Assembly (NCBI GenBank): GCA_016871445.1
Contig: VHDH01000005.1
Span: forward strand, 1,842-65,841
Length of the DNA stretch: 64,000 bases
Reading direction: 5' to 3'
Source of the DNA: Verrucomicrobiota bacterium
GTDB taxonomy: Bacteria > Verrucomicrobiota > Verrucomicrobiia > Limisphaerales > SXTU01
Translations under genes and position numbers: made by a program
In this document: in pieces, positions 37,961 through 45,760 of the stretch
Layout: the number at the start of each line of letters is the position of its first letter
Numbering within the stretch: position 1 is the stretch's first letter
Notes under the pieces: model-generated
What the model saw: the letters and a program-made list of their open reading frames with translations, nothing else
What the model was told of the DNA's origin: nothing
Databases searched by the model: none

Positions 37961-39418
37961 TCACTGCTTCTGCGCCTTTGCCTTTTTCTTCCCGGGCTTG
38001 GCCTCCCCTTCGCCTTCTCCGCCGCCAATGGCGGGGAGGTTGGGAGCGTCGGTCTTGGGCAGGAGCTTGGCTAGTTCGGCTTTGCGCGCGGCGTGGTCGG
38101 TGTGCTGGGCGAGATTCGTGTATTCCAGCGGATCAGCGGTTTCATCGTAAAGCTCCTCGCCGCCGTCGGCGTAGCGGATGTAGCGCCAGCCCTCGGTGCG
38201 GACAGTGTGGTTCTTGAGGCCGTGCGTGGTGATGGCTGGATGGCTCCACGCGGCCTGCGGGTTCTTAAGCAGCACTGTCATGTCGTGGCCTTCGAGGTGC
38301 GCGGGCTTGGGCAGGCCGGCGAGCTGACAGAGCGTGGGAAAAATGTTCACGTAATCCACGGTGCGGGCGCACTTGGCGCCGGCGGGCGTGATGCCCGGAA
38401 CGCGCCAGACGTGGACGGTGCGCGTGGGCTCCTCCCAGAGCGCAAACTTCCGCCAGTGGGATTTCTCGCCCAGGCTCCAGCCGTGGTCGCTCCAGAGGCA
38501 AACGATGGTGTTGTCGCGTTGGGGAGATTTGTCGAGTGCATCAAGCATTCGGCCGATCTCGTAATCGCAGAAAGCGATGGTGGCTAGGTAGGCTTGTACG
38601 GCTTCCTTCCAGCGGCCGGACCGGACGATGGCAGCGTGGTCGCCCTGCGGGCCGGCCATTTTCACGCCGGCGGGCGGCACGTCTTCGAGATCATCCGGGC
38701 GGTGCGGTGGGAGTTGGATGGTTTCGAGCGGAAACATGTCGAACCATTTCTTAGGCACGCTGAAGGCCATGTGGGGCTTCACGAGGCCGCAAGCGATGAA
38801 GAACGGTTGCGCACTTTTTTCGTTCAGCTTGTCGATGCAGTAATCCACGGTGGCGTGGTCGGGCATATCCTCGTCGGCGTTGGCGAGCGGGCCAAACTTG
38901 ATGCCACCGACGCCGTCGTCCTTCGCCGAGGGATGGAGTTTGAGCCCCTTCCTCGCCGCGCCGTCTCTGCCAGCGGCGGAATAGTCCGTCCAAGTGCCGC
39001 CGCGCTGGGAGGAGTGGTAAATTTTACCCGCGCCATAGACGCGGTAGCCGTGCTGCGCGAAATGCGTGTTGAGCAGCTTATCGTTACTGATGGCTGGTCC
39101 CCACGGCTGAGCGTTGAGGTAGCAACCGGTCGAGCTGGGCCGCAGGCCGGACATGAGCGACGCGCGGGAAGGATTGCAGGCCGGCGCGGTGCAATAAGCA
39201 CGGGAGAAGGTCATGCCCTGCTGCGCGAGGCGGTCAATATTCGGCGTTTTCGTCTGCGGGTTGCGCCCTAGGTGGCCGACCCAGTGGTTTAGATCATCAA
39301 TGGCGATAAAAAGGACGTTGGGCTTCTTCGCGTCGGCGGCGCGGAGGGCAGGCGCAAGGGCGAGCAGGCCACAGAACAGCAGCGGGAGCGAGCGGAACAA
39401 CGTCATGATGTAGTGCAT
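37961..39418 (-). CDS. Formylglycine-dependent sulfatase
   Basis: The long ORF (to 40177) is antisense to purM. The ATG at 39418 (or 39406) gives signal peptide MHYIMTLFRSLPLLFCGLLALAPALRA. Has NVLFIAIDDLN and the sulfatase signature CNPSRASLMSGLRP. Lys-rich tail. Confidence 0.85.
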   Translation of the reverse strand: MHYIMTLFRSLPLLFCGLLALAPALRAADAKKPNVLFIAIDDLNHWVGHLGRNPQTKTPNIDRLAQQGMTFSRAYCTAPACNPSRASLMSGLRPSSTGCYLNAQPWGPAISNDKLLNTHFAQHGYRVYGAGKIYHSSQRGGTWTDYSAAGRDGAARKGLKLHPSAKDDGVGGIKFGPLANADEDMPDHATVDYCIDKLNEKSAQPFFIACGLVKPHMAFSVPKKWFDMFPLETIQLPPHRPDDLEDVPPAGVKMAGPQGDHAAIVRSGRWKEAVQAYLATIAFCDYEIGRMLDALDKSPQRDNTIVCLWSDHGWSLGEKSHWRKFALWEEPTRTVHVWRVPGITPAGAKCARTVDYVNIFPTLCQLAGLPKPAHLEGHDMTVLLKNPQAAWSHPAITTHGLKNHTVRTEGWRYIRYADGGEELYDETADPLEYTNLAQHTDHAARKAELAKLLPKTDAPNLPAIGGGEGEGEAKPGKKKAKAQKQ

Positions 39419-39568
39419 TATGCAGGCACAAGGACGCCCAGGGAAGGGGAATGGTTGGTGGCAAGTTGGGCGGCGGGCGGCGTTCTTTGCCTTGCTGCGG
39501 GCCGGGAGATTCCGAAAGATGTGGCCCTGCGTCCGGCCGGCCTCCGGCGGACGCGGCAGCTTCCACGC

Positions 39569-40624
39569 ATGAAACAAAAAGCTTACGCCGCCGCCGGGGT
39601 GGACATTGATTTGGGCAACAAGGTCAAGGGCACGCTCCCAAAACTCCTCGCCAGCACGCACCGCCGCGAGGTGCTCGGTAAGGTGGGCGGCTTCGGCGGC
39701 CTCTTCGCGCTGGACGTAAGAAAGTATCGCCAGCCCGTGCTGGTTAGCTCGGTAGACGGCGTGGGCACAAAGCTCAAGCTGGCCTTCGCGATGGATCAGC
39801 ATGACACCATCGGCGAAGACTTGGTGAACCATTGCGTCAATGACATCGCGGTGTTGGGCGCGGAGCCGCTCTTCTTCCTCGACTACCTCGGCACCGGGAA
39901 ACTTGAGCCGCACGTCTTCACGGACATCATCAAGGGTTTCGCGCGCGGCTGCGCGGCCAACGGCTGCACGCTCATCGGCGGCGAGACGGCGCAGATGCCG
40001 GGCTTTTACCAAACGGGCGAATACGACGTGAGCGGTACCATCGTCGGCGTGGTGGAGAAATCGCGAATGCTTAATGGGCAGAAGTCCGTGAGGCGCGGGG
40101 ACGCGGTCATCGGCATCGCGTCGAGCGGGCTGCACACAAACGGCTATTCCCTGGCGCGAAAAATTCTGTTCGCACAACTAAAGTTTAAGCCCCGCGATTT
40201 CGTGCCCGAACTGCACAACACGGTGGGCAAGGAACTGCTCAAGGTCCACGTCAGCTATGGCCCGCTCGTGCAAGCGTTGCTGAAGAAATTCAACCGCGCC
40301 GGCCAGCCGGATCGGGTGAAAGCCTTCGCACACATCACCGGCGGCGGCTTCGTGGACAACATCCCGCGCGTGCTGCCGGCCAAGTGCGACGTGGTCATTC
40401 GCAAGGGCAGTTGGAACATGGGACCGCTGTTCCAGTTGCTTGCCGAGCGCGGCGGCGTGGACGACGCGGAGCTTTATCAGGTCTTCAACATGGGCGTGGG
40501 TATGGTAGCCATCGTCGCTGCCGAGCGAGCAGACGCGGCACTTCGATTTATCCGCAGCCAAAAGCACAAGGCGTGGCTCATTGGCGAGGTGGTGAAAGGC
40601 ACCGGCGAAGCGCGGGTGCAGTAG
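39569..40624 (+). CDS. purM: Phosphoribosylformylglycinamidine cyclo-ligase (AIR synthetase)
   Basis: The ATG at 39569 gives MKQKAYAAAGVDIDLGNK. Has GGFGGLF, SVDGVGTKLKLA, DYLGTGKL and SSGLHTNGYSL, all typical of PurM. Confidence 0.9.
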   Translation: MKQKAYAAAGVDIDLGNKVKGTLPKLLASTHRREVLGKVGGFGGLFALDVRKYRQPVLVSSVDGVGTKLKLAFAMDQHDTIGEDLVNHCVNDIAVLGAEPLFFLDYLGTGKLEPHVFTDIIKGFARGCAANGCTLIGGETAQMPGFYQTGEYDVSGTIVGVVEKSRMLNGQKSVRRGDAVIGIASSGLHTNGYSLARKILFAQLKFKPRDFVPELHNTVGKELLKVHVSYGPLVQALLKKFNRAGQPDRVKAFAHITGGGFVDNIPRVLPAKCDVVIRKGSWNMGPLFQLLAERGGVDDAELYQVFNMGVGMVAIVAAERADAALRFIRSQKHKAWLIGEVVKGTGEARVQ

Positions 40625-40644
40625 CGGCATGGGGATTTCACAAA

Positions 40645-40662
40645 ATCATCCCCTAGGATGAT
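40645..40662. terminator. Palindromic hairpin between convergent purM and the MFS transporter gene (possible bidirectional terminator)
   Basis: ATCATCC-CCTA-GGATGAT (7-bp stem). On the minus strand it is followed by TTTTGTG. A second overlapping stem is GGGGAT...ATCCCC at 40631-40653. Confidence 0.35.
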
Positions 40663-40689
40663 GTTGTGACCGTATTTCGTCTCAGCGGT

Positions 40690-42066
40690 TCAACTCTTCG
40701 GTGGCTCCGCGGTAGCCGGGGTGGGATTTCGGAAGAGTGCGAGGAAAACGAGCATAATGATGCCCGCGAAAATCGCGGGCTTGCCCCACAATTGTTTCCA
40801 CTCGACGGCTTTGAGCTCGGCTTTTCGGGCAGCGGCCTTCTCTTCGGTAACCTTCTTTAACGAGGCTTCGAGGGCGGGTTTGCCAGCTGCGTCGGCCTTG
40901 GCGAGGGCTTCAGCGAGCTTGGCGGCTTCGGCGCCCTTCGCTGTCACTATGGCGGCCTGGGCCTTCGAAGCTTCGGTGGTGTGTTGCGCTTCGATTTTCC
41001 CGGCGACCTGCGCGCCGACGAACATTCCTAGTCCAAGCGTGAACAACACCAGCATGCCTTGCGCTTGCGCGCGGATTTCCTTGGGCGCGACCTGGTCGGT
41101 GTAAATCTGGCCGGTGACGAAGAAGAAGTCATAGCAGATGCCATGGAGCAAAATGCCGCCGGTGATCATCCACGCGACTTCATCCGGCGCACCAAGGGCG
41201 AAAAGGCCGTAACGCGTGACCCACGCGAGCATGCCGACCGCGAGCATCCACTTCACACCGAGTCGTGCAAAGAAGAACGGCATGACCAGCATAAAGAAAA
41301 TTTCCGACATCTGGCCGTAACTCATCGTCTGGCCGATGGGCAGGCCGCCCATTTCCACGATGCGGCTGGTGATCTGGTAATAGAAAGCCAGCGGAATGCA
41401 AATCAGCGTGGAGGAAATCATGAAGATGAGATAGCTGCGGTTGGTGAGCAGCAGCTTAAAGGCGTCCACGCCGAGGATTTGACCGATGTTGAGCGGGCCG
41501 CTAGCCGTCGGCGGCGTGTGCGGCAGCGCGAAGCTCAGAAGGCCCAGCAGCACGCCTGCACCTATGGCGAGGTGGAACATGCTCGCCGAGGTGTCAGCCT
41601 TAAGTTGCGTGAGCGTAAGACCCGCCGCGATCCAGCCAATGGTGCCGAGCACGCGGATGCCAGGAAATTCCTTTTCCGGGTTGGTCATGCACTTCATGGC
41701 GATGGTATTGGTCAGCGCAAGGGTCGGATAATAGGTGAGCATGTGCGCGAAGAACATGGTGTTGATCGCGCTAGGCGAGGGGTTTGCGCCGGTCATCAGC
41801 GTCGTGGCGTAATACATGAAACCTGCGCCTAGGAGGTGCATTACACCCATGACCACCTGCGCTGGGAAGAATCGGTCGGCAATCATTCCCACAAAAAACG
41901 GCGCAATCATGCCTGCGATTGGCCCGACCGAGTACATAGTGCCGAAGTCCTCCGCCTTAAAGCCGATGGTCGAGAGATAGTTTGGCCCCGTCACATACCA
42001 CGACCCCCAGATGAAAAACTGGAGGAACATCATGAGGGAAAGGAGCAGGCGGTTTTTTGCACTCAT
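40690..42066 (-). CDS. MFS transporter, nucleoside:H+ symporter (NupG/XapB-like) family with C-terminal extension
   Basis: The ATG at 42066 gives [31 protein letters not shown], typical of NHS-family permeases. After 12 TM segments comes an Ala/Lys/Glu-rich helical stretch and one further hydrophobic helix. Confidence 0.7.
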   Translation of the reverse strand: MSAKNRLLLSLMMFLQFFIWGSWYVTGPNYLSTIGFKAEDFGTMYSVGPIAGMIAPFFVGMIADRFFPAQVVMGVMHLLGAGFMYYATTLMTGANPSPSAINTMFFAHMLTYYPTLALTNTIAMKCMTNPEKEFPGIRVLGTIGWIAAGLTLTQLKADTSASMFHLAIGAGVLLGLLSFALPHTPPTASGPLNIGQILGVDAFKLLLTNRSYLIFMISSTLICIPLAFYYQITSRIVEMGGLPIGQTMSYGQMSEIFFMLVMPFFFARLGVKWMLAVGMLAWVTRYGLFALGAPDEVAWMITGGILLHGICYDFFFVTGQIYTDQVAPKEIRAQAQGMLVLFTLGLGMFVGAQVAGKIEAQHTTEASKAQAAIVTAKGAEAAKLAEALAKADAAGKPALEASLKKVTEEKAAARKAELKAVEWKQLWGKPAIFAGIIMLVFLALFRNPTPATAEPPKS

Positions 42067-42293
42067 ATATGAATCCTGTGACGCTAGGAAAACCACGAGA
42101 ACTGGGCAAGCGTTGAAATCACTTACAGCGTGCAACTTTCAAAAGAAGCCAGCAGCCCAAAGGTTCCAAGTGAAGGCGGTGGCTTAGGTGCAACACAGCT
42201 GCCTTGCTCAAGTGCTTTACTCCACTACGCCACCCCAGTGTCCCGCCAACTTTGCGCTGGCCTGTCTGCCGGGAAATCGGAAGTCTCTGCTGC

Positions 42294-43949
42294 ATGAAAT
42301 TGCTGTGCACCGCCGCCTGCCTGGCCGCCCTGCTCGTGGGCTGCCAGAAGTCCTCCGAACAGCCCAGCGCGCCGAGTTCTGGCGGTGCGAAGGCCGACCC
42401 CGGCTTTGGCTCCGGCCCAGCCGTCGGGCCGGGGAAGATGATTCTCCATCGCGGCAACGGATCCGAACCGCAGGATTTGGATCCACAGATTGTTACCGGC
42501 GTTCCGGAGCACATGATTCTGATGGGCCTGTTTGAGGGCCTCACGGACGAGGATCCGAAAGACTTGCACCCGGTGCCCGGCGTAGCCGAACGCTGGGAAA
42601 TCTCGCCGGACCTGCTCACCTACACGTTCTTCCTCCGCAAGAACGCCAAGTGGTCCAACGGCGAAGCCGTCACCGCACGCGACTTTTTCGAAGCTTACAA
42701 ACGGATGCTGGAGCCCACGCTCGCCGCGCAATACGCTTACATGCACCACGTAGTAAAAAACGCGCAGGCTTACAACGAGGGCAAGCTGAAGGATTTTTCG
42801 CAGGTGGGCTACAAGGTGATTGATGACCACACGTTCCAAGTCACGCTCATCGGCCCGACGCCCTACTTCCTCTCGCTCATTAACCACACGTCTTGGATGC
42901 CCGTCCACCTGCCGACCATCGCCAAGCACGGCAAGCCCTACGAGCGCGGTGGCAAGTGGACACGCCCGGAGAACTTCGTCGGTAACGGCCCCTTCATGCT
43001 CGACCAATGGAAAGTCAACGAAGTCATCACCGTTAAGCGCAACCCGCACCATTGGGACGCGAAGACCGTGAAACTCGACGGCCTTGCCTTCTACCCCATC
43101 TCCAGTTCCGAGACCGAGGAGCGCATGTTCCGCGCGAATCAACTCCACGTCACCGACACCGTGCCGCTCTCGAAAATTCCCGGTTACCGGAAGAACCATC
43201 CCGAACTCATCCGCATCGAGCCCTACCTCTCGACCTACTTCTACCGCATCAACGTCACCAAGCCGCCGCTCAACGACAAGCGAGTCCGCCAGGCTCTCGC
43301 GCTCGCCATTGACCGCGCGGCCATCACCGAGAACATCCTCAAAGCCGGGCAAATCCCCGCATTCAACCTCACCCCGCCCGGTACCGCCGGCTACACCGCG
43401 CGCGGCAAGTTCAGCGGCGGTGTACCCGAGGCCAAAAAATTGCTGGCGGACGCCGGCTTCCCCGACGGCAAGGGTTTTCCCGCCATTGAACTCCTCTATA
43501 ACACCTCGGAAGCCCACCGCATCGTCGCTGAGGCCATTCAGCAGATGTGGAAGAAAAGCCTCGGGATCGAGGCTAAGCTGCTGAACCAGGAGTGGAAGGT
43601 GTATTTGGACACGCAGCGGCAGTTGAACTATCAAATTTGCCGGGCCGGTTGGACGGGGGATTACGTGGATCCAAACACCTTCCTCGACATGTGGCTCACT
43701 GGCGGCGGTCAGAATGAAACCGGCTGGAGCAACCAAGAGTATGATCGCCTCATCGGCGAGGCTGCGCGCACCGCCGACGCCATCGCACGGCTTGAACTCT
43801 TTCAGAAAGCCGAGACTATTCTGATGGATGAATTGCCAATTATCCCGATCTATTTCTACACCCGCCAGCACCTCATCACACCCAAACTCAAGGGCTGGAA
43901 CCCGACCTTGCTGGATCATCACCCTTACAAGTATCTAACCTTCGAATAA
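42294..43949 (+). CDS. ABC-transporter substrate-binding lipoprotein, family 5 (oligopeptide/dipeptide/nickel type)
   Basis: The ATG at 42294 gives lipoprotein signal MKLLCTAACLAALLVGC. The body is typical of SBP_bac_5 (YTFFLRKNAKWSNGEAVTARDF, KRNPHHWD, YFYRINV). No permease or ATPase genes are adjacent. Confidence 0.8.
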   Translation: MKLLCTAACLAALLVGCQKSSEQPSAPSSGGAKADPGFGSGPAVGPGKMILHRGNGSEPQDLDPQIVTGVPEHMILMGLFEGLTDEDPKDLHPVPGVAERWEISPDLLTYTFFLRKNAKWSNGEAVTARDFFEAYKRMLEPTLAAQYAYMHHVVKNAQAYNEGKLKDFSQVGYKVIDDHTFQVTLIGPTPYFLSLINHTSWMPVHLPTIAKHGKPYERGGKWTRPENFVGNGPFMLDQWKVNEVITVKRNPHHWDAKTVKLDGLAFYPISSSETEERMFRANQLHVTDTVPLSKIPGYRKNHPELIRIEPYLSTYFYRINVTKPPLNDKRVRQALALAIDRAAITENILKAGQIPAFNLTPPGTAGYTARGKFSGGVPEAKKLLADAGFPDGKGFPAIELLYNTSEAHRIVAEAIQQMWKKSLGIEAKLLNQEWKVYLDTQRQLNYQICRAGWTGDYVDPNTFLDMWLTGGGQNETGWSNQEYDRLIGEAARTADAIARLELFQKAETILMDELPIIPIYFYTRQHLITPKLKGWNPTLLDHHPYKYLTFE

Positions 43950-43993
43950 ATGGCACCGAAGCGGCTTGCGCTGGCAGCCGTCCACCTCTCCGC

Positions 43994-45442
43994 ATGAGTC
44001 ATCACGGACTTCGCCCTGAGCATCTCGCCCTGACCCGGCGCGAACTGCTGTCCCGCTGCGGCATGGGCATGGGCGCGCTCGGGCTGGGCGCTCTGTTCGG
44101 CGAACTGGGCTTGAGTTCCGCGCGCGCAGAGGTAAACGCGCCTTCTCCCCTCGCACCGAAAGCCCCGCACTTCCCTGCCAAGGCCAAACGCATCATCCAC
44201 ATCTTCCTCAACGGCGGCCCGTCGCATGTGGACACGTTCGACCCGAAGCCCTCCCTCGACAAACACCACGGCAAAACCCTGCCCTACGAGCTGCGCACCG
44301 AGCGGCGCACCGGCACGGCATTCCGCTCGCCCTACAAGTTTCAGCCCTATGGCAAGAGCGGCCTTGAGGTCAGTGAGATTTTTGCCAAGACGGCGGAGAG
44401 CGCGGATGAACTGTGCGTCATCCGCTCGATGCACGCCGACGTGCCAAACCACGAACCGTCGCTGATGCTGCTCAACTGCGGCGACGCTCGTCTGCCACGT
44501 CCCAGCATGGGCTCGTGGGTGACTTACGGCCTCGGCACCGAAAACCAGAACCTGCCCGGCTTCATCGCGATGTGCCCGGGTGGCTACCCGATCCAGGAGT
44601 CACAGAACTGGCAGTGCGCGTTTTTGCCCGGAGTTTTTCAAGGCACCTACATCAATACAGCCGAGACGCGGATTGAGCAGCTCATCGAGCACATCGCCAA
44701 CAAACAGATTTCGCTGCCCGAGCAGCGCGCGCAGCTCGACTTTCTCCAACAGTTGAACCAACGCCATGCGGCGGCCCGTGCGCGCGAGGCGCAGCTTGAG
44801 GCCCGCATCCAGTCCTTTGAGCTGGCCTATGGGATGCAGATGGAGGCAGCAGATGCCTTTGATGTGAGCAAGGAGCCGGCCCACATCCGCGCGATGTATG
44901 GCGAGGGCACGCAGGCGCGGCAAATCCTCACGGCGCGGCGGCTCATCGAGCGCGGCGTGCGCTTTGTGCAGCTCTGGCACGGCGCGGGCCAGCCGTGGGA
45001 CAGCCACGACGACCTCGAAGTCCAGCATCGCCGGCTCGCCAAGGAATGCGACCAAGCCATCGGCGCGCTGCTTAAAGACTTGAAACAGCGTGGGCTACTC
45101 GATGAAACACTCGTCATTTGGTGTGGCGAATTTGGTCGCACCCCCACGGTGGAACTGCCCACACCTGGGTCGAACGCCGGTAAGATCAATGGCCGCGACC
45201 ACAACCACCACGGCTTCACGACGTGGCTCGCCGGCGGCGGGGTGAAGGGTGGCACCATCTATGGCGCGACCGACGAGTTCGGTTTTAAGGCCGAGGTGAA
45301 TCCCGTCCACGTCCACGATTTGCAGGCGACCATTCTGCACCTGCTCGGCTTCGACCATGAGCGGCTCACCTTCCGCCACGCCGGGCGCGACTTCCGCCTG
45401 ACCGACATCCACGGCAACGTGGTCAAGGCGTTGCTCGCGTAA
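43994..45442 (+). CDS. DUF1501 domain protein, Tat-exported
   Basis: 482-aa ORF with ATG. Tat-type signal LTRRELLSRCGMGMGALGLGALF. Has GGPSHVDTFDPKP and GRDHNHHGFTTWLAGGGVKGG, typical of DUF1501. Confidence 0.85.
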   Translation: MSHHGLRPEHLALTRRELLSRCGMGMGALGLGALFGELGLSSARAEVNAPSPLAPKAPHFPAKAKRIIHIFLNGGPSHVDTFDPKPSLDKHHGKTLPYELRTERRTGTAFRSPYKFQPYGKSGLEVSEIFAKTAESADELCVIRSMHADVPNHEPSLMLLNCGDARLPRPSMGSWVTYGLGTENQNLPGFIAMCPGGYPIQESQNWQCAFLPGVFQGTYINTAETRIEQLIEHIANKQISLPEQRAQLDFLQQLNQRHAAARAREAQLEARIQSFELAYGMQMEAADAFDVSKEPAHIRAMYGEGTQARQILTARRLIERGVRFVQLWHGAGQPWDSHDDLEVQHRRLAKECDQAIGALLKDLKQRGLLDETLVIWCGEFGRTPTVELPTPGSNAGKINGRDHNHHGFTTWLAGGGVKGGTIYGATDEFGFKAEVNPVHVHDLQATILHLLGFDHERLTFRHAGRDFRLTDIHGNVVKALLA

Positions 45443-45554
45443 GTAGGTTCTCCCTACGCCGCGCCTCCCAAGTGCGGTGACATCACCGCTCGACACGCGG
45501 GAGTGTCACTCAAAGGTTACGGACTTAGCCAAAGGCTGGACGGCAAAGCGGACC

Positions 45555-45686
45555 ATGAAAGACCGAATTCAACCGCCAATTTGCATGAGCAAACTTGGCA
45601 TCCTCTTCGCCGTAGGGTGGCCGGGGGCTATTGCGCTCGCCTTCATGGGCTTCCGCATCGTGCGAACTCAGGTAAATGAGCTTTAG
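45555..45686 (+). CDS. Possible small single-TM membrane protein
   Basis: 43-aa ORF (MKDRIQPPICMSKLGILFAVGWPGAIALAFMGFRIVRTQVNEL) in an otherwise empty 318-bp spacer. No homology recognised; it could be non-coding. Confidence 0.2.
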   Translation: MKDRIQPPICMSKLGILFAVGWPGAIALAFMGFRIVRTQVNEL

Positions 45687-45709
45687 TTCACCAAGGCCGC
45701 TTCTAAGAG

Positions 45710-45733
45710 TTTTTCCTTTTTCCTTTTTCCTTT
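45710..45733 (+). repeat. Tandem heptanucleotide repeat (TTTTTCC)x3 plus partial unit, 28 nt upstream of the ftsK start
   Basis: Direct reading: TTTTTCC TTTTTCC TTTTTCC TTT at 45710-45733. The ftsK GTG is at 45761. Confidence 0.8.
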
Positions 45734-45760
45734 CGCACCGCGCTTCCCTAAGCTCAGCCC

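Noticed and set aside
39419-40177. N-terminal 250-aa extension of the sulfatase ORF (37961..40177)
   Set aside because: The extension is antisense to purM and has no sulfatase similarity. A clean signal peptide and the sulfatase N-terminus begin at the internal ATG 39418/39406.
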